A DNA stretch of 64,000 bases from Candidatus Woesearchaeota archaeon (lineage in GTDB: Archaea; Nanobdellota; Nanobdellia; SCGC-AAA011-G17; GW2011-AR17): the NCBI GenBank assembly GCA_964411565.1, contig CAYPLB010000004.1:32500-96499 (forward strand), given 5' to 3'. Positions 55,803 to 64,000 of this stretch are shown in pieces (position 1 is the stretch's first letter; the number at the start of each line of letters is the position of its first letter). The notes under the pieces are model-generated. The model was not told where the DNA came from. It searched no databases and saw nothing but the letters and a program-made list of their open reading frames with translations. Position numbers and translations under genes: made by a program.

Positions 55803-58193
55803 ATGGAAATGTCTAAGAAATATAATGCGGATTTAACAGAAAAAAAATGGAATGAATATTGGGAAAAGGAGAAGATCTATAAATTTAATCCAAAAAGTAA
55901 AAAACCAGTATTTTCAATAGATGTTCCACCACCATATGCTTCAGCAGGACATTTACATATTGGACATGCTTTACATTATACTCAATTTGAAATTATTGCA
56001 AGACAAAGAAGAATGGCTGGATTTAATGTTCATTTTGCACCTTGTTTTGATGATAATGGTTTACCAACAGAAAAATATGTTGAAAATAAGTTAGGAATAT
56101 CAAAAAAAGATGTTACTAAAGAAGAATTTAGAAAAATTTGTATGAGAGAAATTGCAAAAGTAGAGAAAGAATATTCTGAAAGAGTTTTTAAAAAATTAGG
56201 ACATAGTTATGATTGGGATTTGTTATATACAACTATTAGTAATGAAGCACAAAAAGTTGCACAAACTTCATTTGTAAAATTAGTGAAGCAAAATGATGCA
56301 TATAGGGCTGAAGAACCAACTATTTGGTGTACATATCATCAAACAGCATTAGCTCAAGCTGAAGTTGAAGACTTGAAGAGAAAAACAAAGTTAAATTATA
56401 TTAATTTTGAGTTAGAAAATGGAAAAAATATTGAAATTGCAACAACTAGACCAGAATTATTAGGAGCATGTGTAGCAGTTTTTGTTCATCCTGAAGATAA
56501 AAGGTATAAAGGTATTATTGGAAAAGATGTAATTGTTCCTTTGTTTAATAAAAAAGTAAAAATTTTAACTGATGAAACAGTTGATATGGACTTTGGTTCA
56601 GCAATATTAATGGTATGTAGTTGGGGAGATACAGCAGATATTGAAAAATGGAAAAAACATAAGTTAGATTTAGTCTTAGTTGTTAATGATGATGGAACTT
56701 TAAATGAAAATGCAGGTAAGTATAAAGGTATGACTTTGAAGGAAGGAAGAAAAGCAATTATTGAAGATTTAGATAAAGAAGGAAAATTAATAAAACAAGA
56801 AGAAATAGAACAAACTGTTGGAGCTTGTTGGAGATGTGATACTCCTGTTGAATATATTCACTCTAAACAATGGTTTATTAAAACATTAGCACATAAAAAA
56901 AGTCTTATTGAAAGAGGAAGAGAAGTAAATTGGTACCCTGAATTTCTTAGAACTAGATATGAAGATTGGGTGAATAATCTTGCATGGGATTGGTGTATCT
57001 CTAGACAAAGATATTTTGGAGTCCCTATACCTGTTTGGTATTGTAAAAAATGTGATGAGACTATTTTGCCTAATGAAAAAGATTTACCTCTAGATCCTGA
57101 ACAAGTAAAATGTAAGAAAAAATGTAAATGTGGTTCTGAGGAATTTGAAGCAGATCATGATGTTTTTGATACTTGGATGACATCTTCTATGACACCTGAA
57201 ATTGCAGTAAGATGGTTAGACAAACCAAAAGAATTTGATAAAATGTTTCCAACAACATTACGAGCACAATCTTCAGATATAATTAGAACTTGGTCTTTTT
57301 ATACAATCTTAAAATCAGATTTACATTTTAAAAAAATCCCATGGAAAGATATTGCAATAGGAACTTTTGTTTTAGGACCAGATAAAAAAGGAATGAGTAA
57401 GTCAAAGGGAAATGTAGTTTGGACAGATGAAATATTAGATAAATATAGCATAGATGCTTTTAGGTATTGGGTAGGATCAGCAAGATGGGGGACAGATATT
57501 CCTTTTAAGGAACAAGATCTAGTTGCTGGACAAAAATTTATAACTAAATTATGGAATGCTTCAAAGTTTAGTATAGGTATGCTTAAAGGATACGAAGATA
57601 AAAATTTAGAGTTGGAAGCTTTTGATAAATGGCTACTTTCAAAATTAAATAATTTAGTAAAAGAGAATAATTCATACTTTGAAAAATATAATACAGGAGA
57701 TGCAAAAAGAAAAACAGAATATTTTTTTTGGCATACTTTCTGCGATAATTATCTTGAAATAATTAAAGATAGAATGTATAATCCTGATAAAAGAGGAGAA
57801 AATGCAAAGACTAGTGCTCAGAAAACATTGAGTAATTCAATTTTAGTTATGTTAAAGTTATTTGCACCAATTACTCCTTACATTACTGAAGAGATATATC
57901 AATTGTATTTTGCAAAGAAAGAAAAAATGAAATCTGTGCACATTAGTTCATGGCCAGAATATAATTCTAAGTTTATAGATGAAAAAGCTGAAGAAATTGG
58001 AGATAAGTTAGTTGAAGTTATTGCATTAGTAAGAAAGAAAAAATCAGAAAATAATTTATCACTAAAAGAATCAGTAAAAGAAATTGTTTTAGATTTAAGT
58101 GAAGAGGAAGTAAAACCTTTCCTTGAAGATTTAAAATCTGTTACAAAAGCTAAAAAAATTAGTTTTGGTAAAAAAGTTAGTGTAAAACTGTAA
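55803..58193 (+). CDS. valS: Valyl-tRNA synthetase
   Basis: PPPYASAGHLHIGH, DDNGLPTE, ATTRPE, DWCISRQR, DTWMTS, GMSKSKGN. Confidence 0.96.
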   Translation: MEMSKKYNADLTEKKWNEYWEKEKIYKFNPKSKKPVFSIDVPPPYASAGHLHIGHALHYTQFEIIARQRRMAGFNVHFAPCFDDNGLPTEKYVENKLGISKKDVTKEEFRKICMREIAKVEKEYSERVFKKLGHSYDWDLLYTTISNEAQKVAQTSFVKLVKQNDAYRAEEPTIWCTYHQTALAQAEVEDLKRKTKLNYINFELENGKNIEIATTRPELLGACVAVFVHPEDKRYKGIIGKDVIVPLFNKKVKILTDETVDMDFGSAILMVCSWGDTADIEKWKKHKLDLVLVVNDDGTLNENAGKYKGMTLKEGRKAIIEDLDKEGKLIKQEEIEQTVGACWRCDTPVEYIHSKQWFIKTLAHKKSLIERGREVNWYPEFLRTRYEDWVNNLAWDWCISRQRYFGVPIPVWYCKKCDETILPNEKDLPLDPEQVKCKKKCKCGSEEFEADHDVFDTWMTSSMTPEIAVRWLDKPKEFDKMFPTTLRAQSSDIIRTWSFYTILKSDLHFKKIPWKDIAIGTFVLGPDKKGMSKSKGNVVWTDEILDKYSIDAFRYWVGSARWGTDIPFKEQDLVAGQKFITKLWNASKFSIGMLKGYEDKNLELEAFDKWLLSKLNNLVKENNSYFEKYNTGDAKRKTEYFFWHTFCDNYLEIIKDRMYNPDKRGENAKTSAQKTLSNSILVMLKLFAPITPYITEEIYQLYFAKKEKMKSVHISSWPEYNSKFIDEKAEEIGDKLVEVIALVRKKKSENNLSLKESVKEIVLDLSEEEVKPFLEDLKSVTKAKKISFGKKVSVKL

Positions 58194-58237
58194 CAACAAT
58201 ATTTTTAAAAGATAAAGAGAGAAGAATATTATATAAT

Positions 58238-59728
58238 ATGGCTGAAAAAACCAAAGAAAAACAGAAATTGAAAAGATTTGTTAGGAATCTTGAAAAGATT
58301 AGAGGTAGACATACTGAATTAGTTTCTGTTTATGTGCCAGCAGGTTATGATCTAAATAAAATTATTCAACATTTACAACAAGAACAAGGAACAGCTTCTA
58401 ATATTAAAGATAAAACAACTCAAACCCATGTTGTTGATTCGTTAGAAAAAATGATTAGACATTTGAGAACTTTTAAGAAAACTCCAAAAAATGGTTTAGC
58501 TCTTTTTTCAGGAAATGTTTCTGATAGAGAAGGAAAGACAGATATCCAAGTTTTTAGTATTGAGCCACCACAACCAATGAAAATGAGATTGTATAGGTGT
58601 GATCAAAGATTTGTTCTTGATGAATTAAAAGGAATGTTTGAAATTAAAGAATGTTATGGAATTATTGTACTTGATAAAAGAGATGCTGATGTAGGATTAC
58701 TAAAAGGAACAACTATTATTGAATTGAAAAGTATGCATTCAGCTGTACCTGGAAAAACTAAAGCTGGAGGACAATGTTTGCATCCAGAAAGTTCTGTACA
58801 TTTGGCTGATGGACAATATATTCCTATTGAAGAGATTCAAGAAGGAGATGAAGTTATAAGTTATGATTTTAATACACAAGAACTGAGTAGTTCAAAAGTT
58901 TTGAAGAAATGGGAAGAGAAAAAAAATAAGTTGTATAAAATTACAGCTGGAGAAAGTGTTATTGTTAGTTCAGGAGATCATATCTTTTTCTTAAGTGATA
59001 AAAAAGAAATTGCTGCTGAAGAATTAAAAGAAGGAATGGAATTGTTTAATGAAAAAGGTTTGGGTGTTGTTATTCAAAGTATTATTGTAGAAGAAAAAGA
59101 GATACCTTTAATTGATATTGAAGTTGAAAAAAAGAATTTTGTTGTTGAAGGAATTGTTGTTCATAATTCAGCTCAAAGGTTTGCAAGAATAAGAGAAGAA
59201 GCAGCAAAAGATTTTTTTGGAAGAGTTAGTGATGCAGCAAATAAAGCATTTTTAGGTCTGAAAGATATGAAAGGAATATTAGTTGGTGGACCAGGAATGA
59301 CAAAGAATACATTTGTTGATAAAGGACATCTTAATGAGCAATTAAAAAGAAAAGTAATTTCGGTACAAGATTTAAGTTATACTGGAAGTTTTGGAATGCA
59401 AGAATTAGTTGAGAAAAGTAGTGATATTTTAGCAGATGAAGCAATTGTTACAGAAAGAAAAATAATGTCAGAATTTTTTAGATTATTATCTCAAGAAGGA
59501 AATAAAGTTGCTTATGGTGAATCTGAAGTTGATAAGGCTCTAGAAATGGGAGCAGTTGATAAATTGTTGTTATCTGAATCTCTAGATGATGAAATGATTG
59601 AAAGATACGAAGATAAAGCAGAAGAGACTGGAGCTGAAGTTGTAATTGTTAGTACTGATACTTCAGAAGGTGCACAATTAAAAGATATTGGCAGAATTGC
59701 TGCTATTTTGAGATTTGCAATTAGTTAA
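58238..59728 (+). CDS. prf1: Archaeal peptide chain release factor 1, intein-containing
   Basis: RGRHTELVS, TASNIKD (NIKS-like), YRCD, GKTKAGGQ|SAQRF. Confidence 0.95.
   Translation: MAEKTKEKQKLKRFVRNLEKIRGRHTELVSVYVPAGYDLNKIIQHLQQEQGTASNIKDKTTQTHVVDSLEKMIRHLRTFKKTPKNGLALFSGNVSDREGKTDIQVFSIEPPQPMKMRLYRCDQRFVLDELKGMFEIKECYGIIVLDKRDADVGLLKGTTIIELKSMHSAVPGKTKAGGQCLHPESSVHLADGQYIPIEEIQEGDEVISYDFNTQELSSSKVLKKWEEKKNKLYKITAGESVIVSSGDHIFFLSDKKEIAAEELKEGMELFNEKGLGVVIQSIIVEEKEIPLIDIEVEKKNFVVEGIVVHNSAQRFARIREEAAKDFFGRVSDAANKAFLGLKDMKGILVGGPGMTKNTFVDKGHLNEQLKRKVISVQDLSYTGSFGMQELVEKSSDILADEAIVTERKIMSEFFRLLSQEGNKVAYGESEVDKALEMGAVDKLLLSESLDDEMIERYEDKAEETGAEVVIVSTDTSEGAQLKDIGRIAAILRFAIS
58775..59167 (+). 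mobile_element. Mini-intein (131 aa, no endonuclease) in aRF1
   Basis: CLHPESSVHLADG (block A), SGDHIF (block B), LIDIEV (block F), GIVVHN followed by Ser. Confidence 0.93.
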
Positions 59729-59855
59729 TGATTACTTCTAATGTATAAAAATAATTAAGCTGAAATAAATATGATGTAAGAGTTTATTAAATATAATTTA
59801 TTATATTTAAAAATAAGCATAATCTTTTTAAAGCTAGATTTCTTTTATCGAGAAT

Positions 59856-60554
59856 ATGCAGGAAATTAAGAATAAAATAGAAGCTGTATTGTTTATGACA
59901 GGACGACTTATGAAGATTGATGAAATTGCAGAACATTGTGGAATCAAAAGTGTTGGTGTTGTAAAACAAGCTATGAAAGCTCTACATCTAGATTATCAAA
60001 AAAAAGAAAGTGGACTTGAAGTCTATAAAGAACAAGATAGATATAAATTAAATATTAAAAAACAATATAATCATCTGTCAACAAAATTAGTTTCAAATAC
60101 AGAATTAGATGGACCATCACAAGCAACATTAGCTTTAATTGCATATAAACAACCAGCTGTTCAATCAGAAATTATTAAAATGAGAGGAAATACAGCTTAT
60201 GATCATATAAAAGCATTGAAAGAACAAGAGTTTTTAGTTTCTGAGAAATTTGGAAGAACTAGAATCTTAAAGTTAACACAGAAATTCTTCGACTATTTTG
60301 ATATTGTTGAAAAAGAAAAATTAAAAGAGAAATTTAAAGGAATTGCAGATAAACAAGAAGAAAAATTAGCTAATGAAATAAAAGAAGAAGCTAAAGAAGA
60401 AATGATAGAGAAAATTTCAAAAGATGAAAAAATAGAATTAGAGAATAAAGAAAAGAAAGTTGAAGCAATTGTTGAAGTGAAAACAGAAGAAGTAGAAATT
60501 GAAAAAAGTAATACTAAATTAGAAAGCCTAGATCCGGATGATTTTGGATCCTAA
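59856..60554 (+). CDS. scpB: SMC-Scp complex subunit ScpB
   Basis: IEAVLF, TLALIAYKQP..QSEII..RG, GRTRILKLT..FFDYF. Confidence 0.9.
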   Translation: MQEIKNKIEAVLFMTGRLMKIDEIAEHCGIKSVGVVKQAMKALHLDYQKKESGLEVYKEQDRYKLNIKKQYNHLSTKLVSNTELDGPSQATLALIAYKQPAVQSEIIKMRGNTAYDHIKALKEQEFLVSEKFGRTRILKLTQKFFDYFDIVEKEKLKEKFKGIADKQEEKLANEIKEEAKEEMIEKISKDEKIELENKEKKVEAIVEVKTEEVEIEKSNTKLESLDPDDFGS

Positions 60555-60561
60555 TAATCAT

Positions 60562-62028
60562 ATGAAATTCAAATTTGAAAAATTTATACTACCTTTTGTA
60601 TTTTTACTTAGTTTAGGATTTAGGCTTTATTATGAATTTAAAGTTCCTTTTTTTAGTAGTGATGATGCTTACTTTAATTTAAGACACTCAGAGTATATTT
60701 CAAATCATTTTGTACCTTTAGTTTATGACCCATTAAGTTATGGTGGAAATGTTATTTTGAATACTCATGTTTTTAGTTATTTTCTAGGAATATGGGATCT
60801 TTTTTTTAGTCAAGGAATAGTCTATAAAATAATTCCTGCAATATTTGCAAGTAGTTTAATCTTTATTGTTTATATATTAGCAAAGGATATCACAAACAAT
60901 AAAAGAACAGCTTTTTATGCTGCTTTGTTATCAGCATTTATCCCAGTATTTTTAAAAAATACATTAAATCAAATTTCTATTTTAAGTCTGTCAGTACCTA
61001 TGTTTTTCCTTTTGATTTATACCTTTTTAGATATCAAAAAAAGAAAAGGATTGTTTATGTTCCTATCATTTTTGTATATTATGTTAGAACCTTTGAATTT
61101 GTTAATGCTGTTTACATTAATTATATTTGCAATAATTATGATGGCAGAATCTATGAATCTCAAAATGGAAGTAAAAGAAGCTATAGGTATGCATATGGTT
61201 CTTTTTGTTTTAGTAAATTTAATTTTCTTTAAGAATATTTATCTAGATATAGGTCTTGCAACAGTATGGGGAAATTTCCCTAGCGAGTTATATGGATCAT
61301 TATTTCAAAACTTTAATATTTTTGAAACTGTATCTGTAATTGGGTTCATTCCTTTGATTTTAGGAGTTATTGGATTGATTTTGGCACCAAGAAAAAATAG
61401 AGTAATAAATTTGATTAGTGCAATAATTTTAGCATCATTTACATTGTTATTGTTAAAGTTAATTGTATTTGAATACGGTTTGATTATATTGGCAACAGTA
61501 TTTTGTATAACTTCTGCAATATGTTTTAATTCAATTATTGAATATTTAAGATTAACAAAAATTTCAAAATTTACAAGTTATATTATTTGGGGATTAGTTT
61601 TGATTAGTGTAATAAGTTTAGTTATACCATCTATAAGTAATGCACAAGAAGTTATTTATGAAGGAGTTAGTCAAGGAGAAGTTGATGTATTAACATGGAT
61701 TAGTATTTATTCAGAAGAAGATAGTGTTGTATTAGGAAATGTTTATGAAGGAAATTTAATTGCATATATTGCAAATAGAGCAAATGTAATTGATACACAA
61801 TTTTTTTATGCAGAAGATAGATTATTTGATGTAGAAAAAGTTTATACTACAGAATCATTAATTAATGCTGGAACAATAATGAATAAATATGGAGTTGATT
61901 ATTTATATTTCTCAAGTAAAAGTAAAGAAATGTATGATGTTGAGGAATTAGTCTATGCAAGTGATGAAACTTGTTTTGAAATAATGTACGAAAATGAAGA
62001 AGCAATTGTTTACAAAGTCTTATGTTGA
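60562..62028 (+). CDS. Multi-TM GT-C/AglB(STT3)-like membrane protein
   Basis: DDAYFNLR, YDPLSYGG, ~11 TM, soluble C-domain VVLGNVYEG.LIAY.ANR, YGVDY. Confidence 0.65.
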   Translation: MKFKFEKFILPFVFLLSLGFRLYYEFKVPFFSSDDAYFNLRHSEYISNHFVPLVYDPLSYGGNVILNTHVFSYFLGIWDLFFSQGIVYKIIPAIFASSLIFIVYILAKDITNNKRTAFYAALLSAFIPVFLKNTLNQISILSLSVPMFFLLIYTFLDIKKRKGLFMFLSFLYIMLEPLNLLMLFTLIIFAIIMMAESMNLKMEVKEAIGMHMVLFVLVNLIFFKNIYLDIGLATVWGNFPSELYGSLFQNFNIFETVSVIGFIPLILGVIGLILAPRKNRVINLISAIILASFTLLLLKLIVFEYGLIILATVFCITSAICFNSIIEYLRLTKISKFTSYIIWGLVLISVISLVIPSISNAQEVIYEGVSQGEVDVLTWISIYSEEDSVVLGNVYEGNLIAYIANRANVIDTQFFYAEDRLFDVEKVYTTESLINAGTIMNKYGVDYLYFSSKSKEMYDVEELVYASDETCFEIMYENEEAIVYKVLC

Positions 62029-63391
62029 AAATGGAATCTATGCAATAGGGTTCTTAATTTTAGTAGTGGTACAACTCTTAAGAGAATTTCCTTATGGTAC
62101 TGATCACTATCTAAATGTAAGATTAGCAGAATTGTTAAGTTTGTTTGACCCATTAAGTTTTAGTGGAAGATTTGCAGCATATTCTTGGGGGACACCTTTA
62201 GTACTTAGCCCGGCTCCAGAATTTTTAGCTTTATATTTACCAGTAATTATTGGAGTAATAAGCATTTTAATTTTTAGAAAAATAATTGAAAATTTTACAG
62301 AAGATGTAGCTTTAATTAATATAACTTCATTATTTTATATAGTTTCACCAGCTTTTATTTATCTTTTTAGTTCAGCAAATACATTATTTATGCCATTTTT
62401 TATTTCGTTGAGTATATTTTATTTATTTATTAAAAATAAATGGAAATATTTGAATTGGTTCTTAATATTAATTATGCCAATATTTAGTATTAGCTTGACA
62501 ATTTTGTTATTAGCCATATTATTTATATATGCTTTTACTTTTGAAAAGAAATTAAAGAATAATTTCTATTGGTTGTTTTTTATTGGTATTATTAGTAGCT
62601 GTTTATTTTTTGCTTTCATTGTATTTTATTCAGGATGGCCAAGTTTTATTGAAATTACAGAAAAAACAAGTTTTAGTTTATTCCAGAATTTATTCTATGA
62701 TTTTGGAAGCCTTTTAGGAATAGCAATATTTACATTTATTTTAGCTATTATAGGATTTATTAGTTTATGGAGTAAGAAATATGAAAATATGTTTGCATTT
62801 TTTTCAATTTTAATTTTATTTGTTATATCATATTTTTTTCAAAATGCATTAATATTTTTAAGTTTGTTTTTAACTTTTTTTGCAGCAACAGGATTTTTGA
62901 CTTTAATTACAAGAAGATGGAGTTCACAATATTTTAGAAATGTTACATTATTGTTGATTTTGATTGGAGTTATATTTTCTGGAGTTTCTCAAGAAATACA
63001 AATTATTGAAGCTTTACCAAATGCAGAAATTATGCAAACTGTAGAATTATTAAAAGAACATAATGAAGTTGTTATATTGTCAGATTATAGTAGAGGCGTA
63101 TGGATCAATTATGCAGGACATAAAAATGTTATAGATGAAAATTATTTGTTTGTGGAAGATGCGGAAGAAAGATTCCAAGATATTAACAATATATTTTATT
63201 TAAGAAGTTTAGATGAATCTGAAGAAATTATAAATAAGTACAATGTAAGCTACATTTGGGTAGATGAATGGTATAAGGAAGAAATATGGGAATATGATAC
63301 AGAAGGATTGTTATTTGTAGCCCAGTATACCAAAAACTTTAATAAAATCTATGATAAAGAGGGAGTTGTGATCTGGAGGATTGAAGAATAA
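61994..63391 (+). CDS. Multi-TM GT-C/AglB-like membrane protein (paralog)
   Basis: TDHYLNVR, FDPLSFSGR, VILSDYSRG.WI.Y, YNVSYI. Confidence 0.65.
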   Translation: MKKQLFTKSYVENGIYAIGFLILVVVQLLREFPYGTDHYLNVRLAELLSLFDPLSFSGRFAAYSWGTPLVLSPAPEFLALYLPVIIGVISILIFRKIIENFTEDVALINITSLFYIVSPAFIYLFSSANTLFMPFFISLSIFYLFIKNKWKYLNWFLILIMPIFSISLTILLLAILFIYAFTFEKKLKNNFYWLFFIGIISSCLFFAFIVFYSGWPSFIEITEKTSFSLFQNLFYDFGSLLGIAIFTFILAIIGFISLWSKKYENMFAFFSILILFVISYFFQNALIFLSLFLTFFAATGFLTLITRRWSSQYFRNVTLLLILIGVIFSGVSQEIQIIEALPNAEIMQTVELLKEHNEVVILSDYSRGVWINYAGHKNVIDENYLFVEDAEERFQDINNIFYLRSLDESEEIINKYNVSYIWVDEWYKEEIWEYDTEGLLFVAQYTKNFNKIYDKEGVVIWRIEE

Positions 63392-64000
63392 TGATTAAAT
63401 GGGTTATATGGGCCGTATCTTTTGTTAGTTTATATGTAGGAGTTTTTTGGCTGCATGTTGTTTTTTTCAAAGAAGAACCTAGAAAAGTTCTTTCTCAAAA
63501 GTTTCCTAAAGTTTCTGTAGTTGTTCCAGCAAGGAATGAAGAAAAAGGTTTGTGGAAAACGGTACATTCAATAGCAATGTCAGATTATCCTAAAGATAAA
63601 ACAGAAATAGTTATTGTAAATCATGGGTCAACAGATAATACAGAAAAAGTTGCTAACAAATTAATTCGATGTTTTTCTGAACATAATATTAAGTTAGTAA
63701 ATATGAAACATGAGAAAGGACATATGAAATCTCATGCTTTTAATGAAGGTTTGAAAGTTTCAACAGGAAAATATGTAGCATGTGTGGATGCAGATTCAAT
63801 AGTAATGGAAGATGCAATTAGAGGAATTATTCCTTTTTTTGATGATAAAGATGTAGGAGCAGTAATTAGTACAATTAAAGTTACAAATCCTACAAATATT
63901 TATGAAAAAATTCAACACTTAGAATATATGTTTGCTACATTTACTAGAACCTTAATGTCAAAAATTGATACATTACATATTAGTCAAGGAGCTTTGAGTA
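63391..64000 (+). CDS. GT2 processive-type glycosyltransferase (partial; cellulose/hyaluronan/PgaC-like)
   Basis: Manual translation: N-terminal TM, PKVSVVVPARNEE, NHGSTD, KSHAFN, CVDADS, QHLEY; TAATG coupling to the upstream gene. Confidence 0.88.
   Translation, partial: MIKWVIWAVSFVSLYVGVFWLHVVFFKEEPRKVLSQKFPKVSVVVPARNEEKGLWKTVHSIAMSDYPKDKTEIVIVNHGSTDNTEKVANKLIRCFSEHNIKLVNMKHEKGHMKSHAFNEGLKVSTGKYVACVDADSIVMEDAIRGIIPFFDDKDVGAVISTIKVTNPTNIYEKIQHLEYMFATFTRTLMSKIDTLHISQGALS

Overview
AT-rich, gene-dense chromosomal segment of an archaeon. Evidence for this: aRF1, ABCE1, deoxyhypusine synthase, archaeal-type Lhr and TruD, BHB-intron tRNAs without encoded CCA, BRE/TATA promoters and GGAGGTG Shine-Dalgarno sites. 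Gene content and many bacterial-type accessory genes suggest a DPANN lineage, most likely Woesearchaeota-like (inference). Housekeeping genes include lig, trpS, valS, adk, truD, an MtaB-like methylthiotransferase and scpB. No CRISPR array, rRNA or IS element was found. Highlights: (1) an apparently intact GGDEF diguanylate cyclase under an archaeal promoter; (2) a tRNA-Leu(UAA) with three BHB-type introns and a tRNA-Thr with a 27/28 intron; (3) an NrdR-NrdD-NrdG operon with tandem bacterial-type NrdR boxes, a Zn-ribbon-containing intein at a conserved NrdD cysteine, and the glycyl-radical domain split off as its own gene; (4) a mini-intein directly after the GGQ of aRF1, near a free-standing LAGLIDADG-wHTH gene; (5) a tandem Cc1-like protein with an H1-like Lys tail near a SET-domain gene; (6) bacterial Lgt plus lipobox proteins; (7) a split ThiI; (8) small ORFs and leader or promoter elements missed by the ORF track. 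All calls come from motif recognition by eye; no database searches or folding programs were run.
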